NCBI GenBank assembly: GCA_002070375.1
Contig: MWDD01000013.1
Coordinates: forward strand, 369-64,368
Origin: a bacterium ADurb.Bin157
GTDB taxonomy: Bacteria > Muiribacteriota > Ozemobacteria > Ozemobacterales > Ozemobacteraceae
Length of the DNA: 64,000 bases
Direction of reading: 5' to 3'
Under the pieces are notes generated by a model. The model had not been told where the DNA came from and searched no databases. It saw nothing but the letters and a program-made list of their open reading frames with translations. This document shows, piece after piece, positions 1 through 9,711 of the stretch. Within the stretch, counting starts at the first letter, position 1; each line of letters opens with the position of its first letter. Made by a program: the position numbers and the translations under genes.

Positions 1-1024
1 CGTCAATAGAAACAACTACTCCTGCAGCATCGGCTTCTATAGCTGCTTTAGGCATTCCGTAAACAACGGAAGTCGCTTGATTCTGAGCAATTGTAAAGCC
101 GCCGGCCTGCTGTATTTTTTTTAACCCCAGAGCACCGTCTGAACCCATTCCTGTTAAAATAACGCCCGTAGCCTTGGCACCAAAAACTGATGCGGCAGAA
201 GAAAATAAAGTGTCAATGCATGGGGCAAAGGCCTCATTATTTGGGTTTCCGGGAGTAATGACAAACCGGTAGGTTCCCTCATTTGTGCGCTCTATTTCGG
301 TTTGGTTGTCTCCCGGACAAACATAAGCAACTGAGTTTTGAACTATTTCGCCATCTGAAGCCTCTTTTACGCGGATTGCACAAAGACTGTTCATCCTCGA
401 AGCGAATGCCGAAGTAAAAGCTTGAGGCATATGCTGAGCAATTATGATTGGTGCACGAACCAAAGGATTTATTCCGGAAAGAATTTTTTGAACAGCCGGG
501 GGGCCTCCGGTTGAAGCTCCAATAAAAATGGCTCGTCTTATGTATTGTTCTATTTTAGAACCTTCAGAAGCAAAATTTCTTTTTGCGGCTAAAAAATCCA
601 GTTTCAGATGTCTTGGTTTACTGCCGGCCGCTGCACTAATTTTTGCTGTCAATTCGTCTTTTAAACTCAGAATAGAAGCGCTAAGCGTAGACCCAGGCTT
701 GGGAATATAATCTACCGCGCCCAAATCCAATGCATCTAAGGTTATTTTTGCACCCTCGTTAGTTAATGAACTAACCATCAAAACAGGTGTCGGACAAACA
801 CGCATAATTTCTTTCAAAGCCTGTAAACCGTCCATCACAGGCATTTCTATGTCCATGGTAACTACATCCGGTTTCAGTCTGAGAACAATTTCAATCGCTT
901 CAACACCGTTTGAAGCACTTCCGACGATTTCTATTGAAGGATCAGACTTGATCATGCGCTCAATAGCCGTGCGCATAAAAGCCGAATCGTCCACAACAAC
1001 AACTTTAATCTTTTTTTCTGTCAT
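1..1024 (-). CDS. cheB: Chemotaxis response regulator protein-glutamate methylesterase CheB. Partial: N-terminus at 1024, C-terminus runs off the window start.
   Basis: Reverse translation reads MTEKKIKVVVVDDSAFMRTAIERMIKSDPSIEIVGSASNGVEA... (REC domain), then the CheB methylesterase motifs GASTGGP and a Gly-rich C-terminal region. The minus-strand ATG at about 1024 is followed by the cheR stop at 1043. Confidence 0.8.
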   Translation of the reverse strand, partial: MTEKKIKVVVVDDSAFMRTAIERMIKSDPSIEIVGSASNGVEAIEIVLRLKPDVVTMDIEMPVMDGLQALKEIMRVCPTPVLMVSSLTNEGAKITLDALDLGAVDYIPKPGSTLSASILSLKDELTAKISAAAGSKPRHLKLDFLAAKRNFASEGSKIEQYIRRAIFIGASTGGPPAVQKILSGINPLVRAPIIIAQHMPQAFTSAFASRMNSLCAIRVKEASDGEIVQNSVAYVCPGDNQTEIERTNEGTYRFVITPGNPNNEAFAPCIDTLFSSAASVFGAKATGVILTGMGSDGALGLKKIQQAGGFTIAQNQATSVVYGMPKAAIEADAAGVVVSID

Positions 1025-1042
1025 TTTACTTACTTATTTCAT

Positions 1043-1903
1043 TTATTTTTTTTTCAAAACATAGGTGTTCTTGTAATTAATTATTTCAAATTTCGAGTTA
1101 TCAGATGGTAAACATTCCGTTTCGCCCAACAATAACAGCCCGCCGGGATTCAAGTATTCATAAAAAACCTCTAAAAGTCTTGTCTTCAAATCATCCTTGA
1201 AATATATCAACACATTACGACACATAATTATATCTGACCAATTCAGTTTTTTCAAATCATTTCCCTGATTTAGGTTTAACTTATCAAAAACTACACGCTC
1301 TGCAAACTTTTTGTCTATAACGAAATTGCCAAAATCATTGAAAACTCCGAATTTTTCCGGAAAGATTTTTTCGAAACCGCTGAATTTATCCCTTACCGAA
1401 CGAACAGAGAAGATTCCTTTCCTCGCTGCCTCTAAATTGAGAGAATTTATATCACCCGCTTTTATTATGTATTCTGCCCAAGGATATTGGTTTTTAAAGT
1501 TTTTTAATAAAATCGAAACAGAATAAGGTTCTTCACCTCTTGAGCAACCTGCACTCCAAATTCTTAGCGGCATATTGATTTTTGCGGGATCACTAAAAAA
1601 ACTCGGAAAATACTCATAATACAAATACTCAAATTGATTTGGGTTTCTAAAAAAATAACTTTCACTCACAGTAAGTGCCGCAATTAAATCTTCCATTACA
1701 AAAGTAAAGTTTTCACCCTGCTTAAGCATACTTATATATTCGTCAACACCGGAAATAGCATATTTTTCTATCTGCAATGTTATTTTTCGCACAACCTGTT
1801 TCAAAAACAGACGATCAAGAACAATTCCGGAAAAATCTGCAACCATTTCGGCTATTTTACCAATATGATTATCATTGATATTGATAACAGAGCTTAAGTG
1901 CAT
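1043..1903 (-). CDS. cheR: Chemotaxis protein methyltransferase CheR
   Basis: 286 aa. Contains the CheR SAM-MTase motifs ETYFFRNPNQFEYL and IWSAGCSRGEEPYS. Adjacent to cheB. Confidence 0.85.
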   Translation of the reverse strand: MHLSSVININDNHIGKIAEMVADFSGIVLDRLFLKQVVRKITLQIEKYAISGVDEYISMLKQGENFTFVMEDLIAALTVSESYFFRNPNQFEYLYYEYFPSFFSDPAKINMPLRIWSAGCSRGEEPYSVSILLKNFKNQYPWAEYIIKAGDINSLNLEAARKGIFSVRSVRDKFSGFEKIFPEKFGVFNDFGNFVIDKKFAERVVFDKLNLNQGNDLKKLNWSDIIMCRNVLIYFKDDLKTRLLEVFYEYLNPGGLLLLGETECLPSDNSKFEIINYKNTYVLKKK

Positions 1904-1906
1904 CTT

Positions 1907-2332
1907 TTACGCCTTATGATATGGTTCGTTATACATTATCGAAATGGCCCGATAAAGCTGCTCTGCCAACACAAGCAAAGCCAATTGATGATTCATTGTT
2001 AAAGGGGAAAGGGAAATAGATTCTTTGCCAATAAGCCGCATCCTAGGATCATGCCCCTCTGCCGCCCCAAGACAAAAAGTTACATTGTTGATTCCCGAGT
2101 GTATTTTTTTTTCCAACCATTTTGTAAACTCGTCAGTGCCCTTAAATTGAGCGTATTCATCAAGTAATACGACACACTCTTTACTTCCTGCTCTCTTAAC
2201 AAGCTCATCTTGATTTTTACAACAAATCAAATCAACAGAAAGCCTGCCATTGCATCTTTCAAGGTATTGATCAATTAATTTTTGATAGGGCTTATCAGAT
2301 ATTTTGCCCGGCATACATACTTCTATCTTCAT
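1907..2332 (-). CDS. rlmH: 23S rRNA (pseudouridine1915-N3)-methyltransferase RlmH (SPOUT family)
   Basis: 141 aa. The MKIEV...GK N-terminus and the C-terminal PLTMNHQLALLVLAEQLYRA match the RlmH signature. There is a 4-nt overlap with the upstream gene. Confidence 0.8.
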   Translation of the reverse strand: MKIEVCMPGKISDKPYQKLIDQYLERCNGRLSVDLICCKNQDELVKRAGSKECVVLLDEYAQFKGTDEFTKWLEKKIHSGINNVTFCLGAAEGHDPRMRLIGKESISLSPLTMNHQLALLVLAEQLYRAISIMYNEPYHKA

Positions 2333-3123
2333 GGATTTTGATTTATTAAAATCCTTTCACTGGCAAAATCTTGGGAAGCAACAACTATTTTTGTGTTTCG
2401 AAAATCGCTCTTAGAGTTTTCAAGAAAGGGAACCAAAGAACGCCTCGCTAAATCGGGGGTATTAGACTCTTGACTCAAATGCATCAAAACTAAACCGGCA
2501 GGCGGCTTATCCATTTTTGAAAGAACGCCGCGAACTCCTTCGTTGGGCAAATGACCGTTCGGGCCCTTTATTCTGTCTTTTAACCACGACGGGTAAGAAC
2601 AAAAACGCAACATTTCACTATCGTAATTACTTTCCAAACATAAAATATCAGACCCCTTTGAATGCTCTAATACTTCAGGAGTTACCCGCCCCAGATCTGT
2701 GGCAACCGACATTACATCGCCATTATGAGAAAACCTGAAACCTACGGGCTGATTAGCGTCATGCGGCACATTAAAGGCAACACAGTCACAACCGTTTACA
2801 CTTATATTTTTACCGGGATTAATCGCAATAGGATTCTTAATCTCAACACCTTTGCACTTTATCCCTGAAATAGTGCCATTTGTGGCATAAACGGGCAATT
2901 GTGGGTATTTATTCAATAAAACACGCAGACCTTTAACATGATCATCATGCTCATGCGTTATAAAAACCCCATTCAAATCGCTACCATCAATGTTTCGCTC
3001 CGCAAGGAAATCTGTTATTCGACGACAGGCAAATCCGACATCAAGAAGAAAACAGCTTTCACCAAGTTCAAGCAAAGCTGAATTTCCTTTGCTTCCGGAG
3101 CCGATAAAAGTTAAACCGATCAA
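2329..3123 (-). CDS. MBL-fold metallo-hydrolase (YycJ/WalJ-like)
   Basis: 264 aa with the HxHxDH motif (ITHEHDDHVKG) and a Gly-rich N-terminus (IGSGSKGNS). Confidence 0.75.
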   Translation of the reverse strand: MIGLTFIGSGSKGNSALLELGESCFLLDVGFACRRITDFLAERNIDGSDLNGVFITHEHDDHVKGLRVLLNKYPQLPVYATNGTISGIKCKGVEIKNPIAINPGKNISVNGCDCVAFNVPHDANQPVGFRFSHNGDVMSVATDLGRVTPEVLEHSKGSDILCLESNYDSEMLRFCSYPSWLKDRIKGPNGHLPNEGVRGVLSKMDKPPAGLVLMHLSQESNTPDLARRSLVPFLENSKSDFRNTKIVVASQDFASERILINQNP

Positions 3124-3294
3124 GTTACACTTCCTAGGTTTGAATTCTGTAATTATGCACAGATTTGCTTGCTCTTGTCAATGCTTAGAATACCTTGTTC
3201 GGAATTACAAGTTCAAACTCATAACTTATTCTTGTGTTTTAAAAAGCAATACCTTACAATATTAAATAACACTATACGGACATGGGAGGATAAA

Positions 3295-4098
3295 ATGTCA
3301 CTACTGCTTGACGCAATCAAATCTACAATTTCACAAGAAGTGTATAATTATCCGGTTAGTTGCGTTGCCACCGGCGCACATATGACAATGCTCAAATCTC
3401 AAAGACTGGGCACCTGCATGACTTTAAGCGACGACAGAGTATTTGAATTCAAAGAGCACCTGCCCGTATCTAACCTTGGAGAAATTGAAACTCTTGGGCT
3501 TGAGAAAATATTATCTTGGACAGATTCTCTTCAAGGGATTGAGCGCTCTTTTGGGGTAGCTGCCGTAAACGCCTCTATACCACTGAACGGCAAAAAATAT
3601 TTTTTGGGTAACGCTCTCGAGCTTGCTGCAAGTTTAGGAAAAAACAAAATTGTGTCAACTGTTGGACATTTTCCTCACACAGAAGCCATAAAACAAAGCG
3701 CTTCAGAATTTTACGTTCTTGAAAAACGTCCGCAAGAAGGTGATTATCCCGCAGAAGAAGCCGTAAACATAATTCCGAAATCTGATGTAGTAGCTATAAC
3801 AGGCGTAACCTGCCTAAACGACACTCTAGAAGGTCTTTTAAAATTTAAAAAACCGGGCTCAACAATAATAATCGTAGGACCATCGGTTCCACTGAGCCCG
3901 GCTCTGTTTGACTTCGGAGTAGACATCATCGGAGGTGCATGGGTAGAAGACGAACCCGATGTTTACAAGAAAATACTTCAAGGAGCCTCCCCAAGAAATA
4001 TGAAAGAATCGATGAGAACAGTATTATACCCCAAAGACCCCAATATTCTTTACGGATTCGAAGAAATCTCACCCATCATAAGAAAAGCCATTAAATAA
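3295..4098 (+). CDS. DUF4213/DUF364 family protein (Rossmann-like putative metal-chelation domain)
   Basis: The ORF track gives 3169-4098. The ATG at 3295 has a strong SD (GGGAGGATAAAATG). The sequence resembles DUF364-family proteins (PF04016). Confidence 0.5.
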   Translation: MSLLLDAIKSTISQEVYNYPVSCVATGAHMTMLKSQRLGTCMTLSDDRVFEFKEHLPVSNLGEIETLGLEKILSWTDSLQGIERSFGVAAVNASIPLNGKKYFLGNALELAASLGKNKIVSTVGHFPHTEAIKQSASEFYVLEKRPQEGDYPAEEAVNIIPKSDVVAITGVTCLNDTLEGLLKFKKPGSTIIIVGPSVPLSPALFDFGVDIIGGAWVEDEPDVYKKILQGASPRNMKESMRTVLYPKDPNILYGFEEISPIIRKAIK

Positions 4099-5146
4099 CG
4101 AGCGGCCTAAAATCCTCTTTTCCGGTAAGTCCGGCTATCATTTCGGCGAGCAACTCTATAATGTCGTTAATATCTTTTAGCGATGCCATTTCTACAGGAG
4201 AATGCATGTATCTTAGAGGCAGCGACACTAATGCCACGGGAACCCCGGTGTTTGCAAACATTATCTTGTCAGCGTCTGTGTAGGTTCTGTCCGGGGAAAG
4301 CTCTATTTGCAAACTCAGGTTTAATTTTTTGGCCGTATCTTCTATAATTTTATTAATTTTTCTGTTAACCGGGCTTCCAACCGAAATCACAGGACCTTTC
4401 TCAAAGAAAACTTTTGCGTGTGTACTTCCTTCTTCAGGCAAATCGGTATTAAAAGTCACGTCACAAGCAATGCCCAGGTTTGGAGATATTTTTGATGCTG
4501 CCGAATGCGCCCCGCGCATATTTGTTTCTTCTCCGGTTGTGCTAACAGCATACACACCGACAGCCAATTTTCTACTGCTTAGTTTACGCAAAATTTCAGC
4601 CACGATAAAAGAGCCGGTTTTGTTGTCAAGCCCCTTACAAACGAGCCTGTCTTTACCGATTATCTCAGGCTCGCTTTTATAAACAATATAATCGCCGACT
4701 CTGATTAATTTTTTCAACTCTTTATCGCTGTCGTATCCACAATCTATAAAATAGTCCTTACAAGAATGTTTTCCGTCGTCGCTTTTTCTTTCTTCTAAAT
4801 TAAAACCGATTACTCCGGGCACAGTTACGTTTGAGTACCCCCTGATTTCAACTTTTAGCCCGGGAATAAGTTTAGCATTTATACCTCCCGCCTTTACAAA
4901 AGAAACAAAACCCTTTTCATCTATATCGCTTACCATCATACTTATTTCATCACAATGCCCGGCAAGCATAATCTTAAACTTTGCTTTATTATTAAGCACG
5001 CCGATAGCATTACCGACTTCGTCGGTTGCAACTTCAGCAAAATCTTTAACATATTCTGCCCATATTTTTTGATATTCTGCCTCATCACCTGACGGAGAAT
5101 GCGTTTTTAAAAGTCTGAACAGAAATTCATTTGATTTTTTATCCAT
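4091..5146 (-). CDS. M42 family metallo-aminopeptidase (FrvX/CelM-like)
   Basis: 351 aa with the GHCDEISMMV motif typical of M42 glutamyl aminopeptidases. It overlaps convergently with the 3295-4098 gene by 8 nt. Confidence 0.75.
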   Translation of the reverse strand: MDKKSNEFLFRLLKTHSPSGDEAEYQKIWAEYVKDFAEVATDEVGNAIGVLNNKAKFKIMLAGHCDEISMMVSDIDEKGFVSFVKAGGINAKLIPGLKVEIRGYSNVTVPGVIGFNLEERKSDDGKHSCKDYFIDCGYDSDKELKKLIRVGDYIVYKSEPEIIGKDRLVCKGLDNKTGSFIVAEILRKLSSRKLAVGVYAVSTTGEETNMRGAHSAASKISPNLGIACDVTFNTDLPEEGSTHAKVFFEKGPVISVGSPVNRKINKIIEDTAKKLNLSLQIELSPDRTYTDADKIMFANTGVPVALVSLPLRYMHSPVEMASLKDINDIIELLAEMIAGLTGKEDFRPLVI

Positions 5147-5304
5147 TTATTTCAACCTCAATATTTAAACTAAAATAAATATCGACAACAAAAAAACTAA
5201 TGTTTGAATTTTATGAAAATAAATGAAACTTTTTTTAAACTAGTATAGTATGTTATGTAAGAGCAAACTAAAATTTAGAGAGTAACTTACACAAGGAGAC
5301 CCAA

Positions 5305-6186
5305 ATGAGACACTTTAAACACCTTGCTTTTTTGTTGATTATTTTATGCACAAGCCAACTTTTGGCTGTAAATTTCTCAAAAACGCTGGGCGATGCCGGC
5401 ATTGACGACGGCGGCTCATCGGCACCCGTTATACAAACAACAAAATCTGCTGCCGATCCAAGCGCAAACAAAGGTCTTGCCACCCTTTCAGGCAACGGAT
5501 TCGTAGGTGTATATTCTTCTCTGAATGTCAGAGATGCCGTTTGGGGCAACATAATCGGCAGTTTAACTAACAACGAACCGGTATCAATAATAGGGACCGA
5601 AGGCGACTGGTACAAAATCAGTTATCAAGGCGGCACAGGCTATGTACATGCCCGCTACATTTTCAACGCAAAAGACAAGCGCTACAGAGGGGATGAAGTT
5701 ACTTCCGCTAATCGTGGCGGTTCAGCCGAAGAAGTTATTCTCAATGTTCCCGGCACCGGAAGTTCACAAGCCAGAGTAGTAACTGCAGCGAATAGCTTGG
5801 TCAGCAAGTATTCCTCTCAAGGATCATTCCCTTATGCACCGGCAACTCAGGGCGGCTCACTCGGCTGCGCTCAAGTTGTGAGCACTGCTCTTAAAAACGC
5901 CGGGGTGCCCATAGGAGTTGATTTGTCCTGTATTTCCGTAAAAGGCAAACTCCAAAACATCGGCTATAAAACTGTTTCTGCTCCTCCGTTCCAAGCCGGA
6001 GACGTTATTTTTTGGTCGACATACGACAGAACCGGCGATGGCAGAAAAGACGCTGACACCCACATCGGTATTGTTATGACTTCAGGCAACAGTGCTCAAG
6101 CCATGAGTAACTCTTCGTCACAAAAACGCCCCAGAATACATTCAGCAACCTACGCACCGGTCACCACTGTCCTCAGAAAAGCATAA
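5305..6186 (+). CDS. Secreted cell-wall hydrolase: SH3b domain plus a papain-like (NlpC/P60 or CHAP) catalytic domain
   Basis: Signal peptide, an SH3b-like stretch (VYSSLNVRDAVWGNIIG...GDWYKISYQGGTGYVHARYI), a catalytic Cys context (GGSLGCAQVV) and a His context (DTHIGIVM). The SD AAGGAGA lies upstream. Confidence 0.6.
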   Translation: MRHFKHLAFLLIILCTSQLLAVNFSKTLGDAGIDDGGSSAPVIQTTKSAADPSANKGLATLSGNGFVGVYSSLNVRDAVWGNIIGSLTNNEPVSIIGTEGDWYKISYQGGTGYVHARYIFNAKDKRYRGDEVTSANRGGSAEEVILNVPGTGSSQARVVTAANSLVSKYSSQGSFPYAPATQGGSLGCAQVVSTALKNAGVPIGVDLSCISVKGKLQNIGYKTVSAPPFQAGDVIFWSTYDRTGDGRKDADTHIGIVMTSGNSAQAMSNSSSQKRPRIHSATYAPVTTVLRKA

Positions 6187-6196
6187 GGGATTTTAA

Positions 6197-7201
6197 ATGA
6201 ATAAGTCTTTAATTCTCGCACTGTTTTTTTCGGTCACCCTGGGATCAATCAGTTTCGGACAAATTTCCCTCGCCTACGGCGAGGGAAGCGAGAAACTGGC
6301 TTTTATAAACGAAAATCGTTTTCCAGGTCTTGAAGAGCCCGTTCCTTACGGGCCTTTGTCGTTTAGAATATCCGACAATCATTTCTGGGTCGCTGACAGT
6401 GTAGCAGGAAAAATTATTAAGGTTGACTTTAAAGGCAAAATCGTAAGAGAATTCGGTGCGCTTTCCACCGCAGCCAAAAAACCAAAGCCTGCTTTTAAAA
6501 ATGATCCTTGCCTTCAAATACTTATTGAAGACATTGCATTTGAAAAGGGTCCCTATGGGTCAGTTAAATCAGTTTGGGTAAGCGACAGTTTCGAAAACAA
6601 ACTCATAAAAATTGACACCACAGGAAAAATATTAAAAGAAATCAAGCACCCGGCATTCATACAACTCAGCAGAATAGAAATCGGACAAGGCGGACACATA
6701 TTTGTCGCCGACAAAGGCGCTCAAAAAATATTCATTTTTGACCACAAGTATAGTCTAATCGGAGCAGTTCACTGGGAATGGTCGGGCTTTGCAGTATCAG
6801 GTGCAGATGACAAGCTACATCGAGTTTTCTTTACCGAAGAATCCGGAAAACTTACATTAGTAACTACAGACACAAAAAATATAGTTTTACGAGAAATAGA
6901 GTTAGAACTCCCTATTCACTTAAACCCTGAGCTCTGGTGGGTCGACGAATTCAACGAAGATTTTGTGCTGACTTATACCCCAAAAACCGGTTTTGCAGGC
7001 AAATTTGTCGTTGTAAAAATCGGCTTCAACGGAAAAGTGAAACAACAATCAGAAATGGATGCTCCTATAGCTATGAATCGCTATATTGAACATTCAGACT
7101 TTGAAAAACTATGGATAGGCAAGGCCAACTTCAACGAAGCCCCCGAAGGAAAATTTGAAATCGTTCCTTTCAAATTTTCCGCAACGAACAACAGGAGGTA
7201 A
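6197..7201 (+). CDS. Secreted beta-propeller-like protein, paralog of the C-terminal half of the 12633-14135 protein
   Basis: Signal peptide. Repeated beta-strand motifs (FWVADSVAGKII, HIFVADKGAQKIFIFD). Clear aa and nt similarity to 13200-14135. Confidence 0.5.
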   Translation: MNKSLILALFFSVTLGSISFGQISLAYGEGSEKLAFINENRFPGLEEPVPYGPLSFRISDNHFWVADSVAGKIIKVDFKGKIVREFGALSTAAKKPKPAFKNDPCLQILIEDIAFEKGPYGSVKSVWVSDSFENKLIKIDTTGKILKEIKHPAFIQLSRIEIGQGGHIFVADKGAQKIFIFDHKYSLIGAVHWEWSGFAVSGADDKLHRVFFTEESGKLTLVTTDTKNIVLREIELELPIHLNPELWWVDEFNEDFVLTYTPKTGFAGKFVVVKIGFNGKVKQQSEMDAPIAMNRYIEHSDFEKLWIGKANFNEAPEGKFEIVPFKFSATNNRR

Positions 7202-7203
7202 TC

Positions 7204-7551
7204 ATGAAAAAGCTATCGATTTTCTTATCACTGTTTTTAATTTTATCATCAGTAGTGATTTACGCAGCAAAAGTCCCTACCCGCGGGAGGGTCTCGCCAA
7301 AAATAGGTGTAAACGTAAGAACAGGCCCCGGAACAAGCTATTCCAAAATCACTGCAATACCTTGTGGTCATGACCTTGAAATCATTGAGGTATCGGGCAA
7401 CTGGTATAAAATCGTTTACGGTTCGGTGACCGGTTATTCAATTGCTTCCGCGATAACAGTCACAGAGAGCAGAGAAGAAGATTCAGAAGACGACGATTCC
7501 GTAAGAAAGTTTTTGCCGACTTTGCTTTCTGTTGACCCGTCTACTCGATAA
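7204..7551 (+). CDS. Small secreted SH3b-domain protein
   Basis: 115 aa with a signal peptide and an SH3b-like motif (GVNVRTGPGTSYSKITAIPCGHDLEIIEVSGNWYKIVYG). Acidic C-terminal tail. The SD AGGAGG lies upstream. Confidence 0.55.
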   Translation: MKKLSIFLSLFLILSSVVIYAAKVPTRGRVSPKIGVNVRTGPGTSYSKITAIPCGHDLEIIEVSGNWYKIVYGSVTGYSIASAITVTESREEDSEDDDSVRKFLPTLLSVDPSTR

Positions 7552-7566
7552 TGCTAGAATAAACGT

Positions 7567-9711
7567 ATGTCTAAGCTGTCCACACAAATTAACTTGTCAC
7601 ACTCCCGAAAAGGCAGTGTAACAGTTATAGTCATAGGTATTTTTGTTGCACTGCTTGCAATGTTGGGAGGTTTTTTAAAATCTGCAACTCAACGGCAATA
7701 CACAACAAAAAAGCTTAACAAGGTTTTACTAGCCAGAGAATTTGCGACTTCTCTGGCTACTTTGTCTTGTCACAAATTAAAAGAAAAAGACTTAAAAACC
7801 CCTGACAGCAAACTTATACAGGCCCTTAAAAAACCTATAGAAGAGATGGCTGCAAAAGAGACGCAAGACATTTCGGCTTCTGATCTCAAGTCACTATTTG
7901 GTACTCTCATAGACGACCTAATAAAAGCAAACAATGATTTACAAAAACTTAATTACAAAATTAGTTGGTCAATAGACAAAAATGATTTTAGGCCGATATT
8001 AGCAGCATATCCACGTGAAAAAAAAGGTGTCATAAGACTTTTCGTATCTGTAAATTATCTTGCTCCGGGCTCAACCCAAAAAATAGAGGAAGATTATCTT
8101 TACTCAATAAAAGCTAAAGTCACATCTAATTTGGTTCCTGTGCTATCTAAATTCACCCTTTACATTGAAGATGCTCTTGGCACAGACGCAAATAGCGAAG
8201 AACGCTTTAACACGCTAAAAGTCGACTCTCGCGGACAGCTCAAAAACTCTTCGGAATATAAACCATGGATACTAAAAAATGGGCCGAACAAAGCCGAAAC
8301 AAACTATAAAAGCTATGCAGAAAAACCCATAGGAATAGTATACTTAGGCTCAAAAGATACTTCAGGCACCCCAAAACAAATAAACTTAGGACTTTCACGT
8401 TCCTGGAAAGAACCCGGAGAATGTTCCGAAGGCTTCCATTTATTGGCAGAAGGTCGAGGCGACGGGCTTTACACCGTTGAGAAACTTGACGAAATATATC
8501 AAATGAACTGGGAAATCGGGTTGGCCGATGACGAAGACGGAGATGCCAAGTTTTGGTTTGAGCTTATATACAGAGGCTTTTATAACATGTCTAAAGTCAG
8601 CTCTATATTGAAACTTTATGGCGCCGGCACCGGAGACAATGTTTCGCCTACTCTCGTCTTGGGAAACGTAAAATCCAGAACTTTATGCGCAAGGGCTTAC
8701 AAGGGTAACTTTGAGGGATCTCCGGAATATGGTCCTCTTCATTTTTTAACCGAACAAGAAATGTTTGACGACTCATCGGGGGCCTCAGAAGACACGCCAA
8801 GCACATATGAACACTACTGTTTTCAGCCTTTTTCCGGAAGTTATAAAAACAAATATGGCAGCCCCCTAACTTTTGAAATCTATCAAGAAAAATACTCAAG
8901 CACTCTCTGGGAAGTCCCATACAACCGTGGCCTGTTGTATATGGCCACAAACTTTCAAGACAGACACCCCGAAAACTCGGGCGCAATAGGACAAACAGAC
9001 CAACTGTACAAATTTGCGACCGGTTCTTCCCTAGACAAATCAGCGATGACAGCTGTTCCTGAGCCATTTAACAAAATATACAATATTGATTCATTAACTG
9101 ACATGAATGATTTTCTTGACCCTAAAAAAGTTTTTGCGGAAGAACAAAGATACTCTCACATCATAGACCTGACAAAATCAAAAACAACTCTGGAAAAAGA
9201 ACTAAAAAGACTGCATTTACTTGATGAACAAGAAACAAATCTGAATTTAAACGGTTGGATCTATATTAAGTCATCTGCTCCATTAACATTGCCCGCAAAA
9301 AGCCTGAATATAACGAGCAATGGAGGTCTTGTGCTTGAGAAAGGCAATATTTCAATCAGAGGACCTATAATTTCAAAAGGCGGAGATTTTATTCTACAAT
9401 TGATGGCCCTAGACGGAAATATAGAAATAGACACATCAGGAAACCTTAGCGTAGGCTTGACGGCAGCTTCAAAATCATCCGGTGACAATGGACAAGTTAA
9501 ACTGATAGGCGGTGCCACCGGCAACCAAATTACAGTCAAGGGAAATGTGGCAATGAAACAGATTAAGTCTGTTAAGGACCACATGGCAAGAGGGCTAAAG
9601 CTTGAGTATTTCTCTCCCCTGGCCGCGTTACCCAATAATATAAGCCCAACCAACAATGAAGAGCCTCTTTTAATGTATTCGTTGGGAAATAATGCGGAGC
9701 TTATTGAATAA
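7567..9711 (+). CDS. Giant PilX_N-like minor pilin / pilus tip-associated protein (714 aa)
   Basis: The N-terminus (HSRKG-SVTVIVIGIFVALLAMLGG) resembles the PilX N-terminal family: KG followed by a hydrophobic helix, with no Glu at +5. The large C-terminal region has beta-helix-like repeats (GGLVLEKGNISIRGPIISKGGDFIL). Two prepilin genes follow immediately. Confidence 0.5.
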   Translation: MSKLSTQINLSHSRKGSVTVIVIGIFVALLAMLGGFLKSATQRQYTTKKLNKVLLAREFATSLATLSCHKLKEKDLKTPDSKLIQALKKPIEEMAAKETQDISASDLKSLFGTLIDDLIKANNDLQKLNYKISWSIDKNDFRPILAAYPREKKGVIRLFVSVNYLAPGSTQKIEEDYLYSIKAKVTSNLVPVLSKFTLYIEDALGTDANSEERFNTLKVDSRGQLKNSSEYKPWILKNGPNKAETNYKSYAEKPIGIVYLGSKDTSGTPKQINLGLSRSWKEPGECSEGFHLLAEGRGDGLYTVEKLDEIYQMNWEIGLADDEDGDAKFWFELIYRGFYNMSKVSSILKLYGAGTGDNVSPTLVLGNVKSRTLCARAYKGNFEGSPEYGPLHFLTEQEMFDDSSGASEDTPSTYEHYCFQPFSGSYKNKYGSPLTFEIYQEKYSSTLWEVPYNRGLLYMATNFQDRHPENSGAIGQTDQLYKFATGSSLDKSAMTAVPEPFNKIYNIDSLTDMNDFLDPKKVFAEEQRYSHIIDLTKSKTTLEKELKRLHLLDEQETNLNLNGWIYIKSSAPLTLPAKSLNITSNGGLVLEKGNISIRGPIISKGGDFILQLMALDGNIEIDTSGNLSVGLTAASKSSGDNGQVKLIGGATGNQITVKGNVAMKQIKSVKDHMARGLKLEYFSPLAALPNNISPTNNEEPLLMYSLGNNAELIE

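Noticed and set aside
2097-2115. Poly-T/A(10) tract within the rlmH coding region as a phase-variation switch
   Set aside because: It encodes Lys-Lys in-frame. A housekeeping methyltransferase is an unlikely phase-variable gene. Probably just AT-rich codon usage.
8648-9067. 139-aa minus-strand ORF inside the giant PilX-like gene
   Set aside because: It is fully antisense to a long, well-supported ORF and has no domain or start context. Likely spurious.
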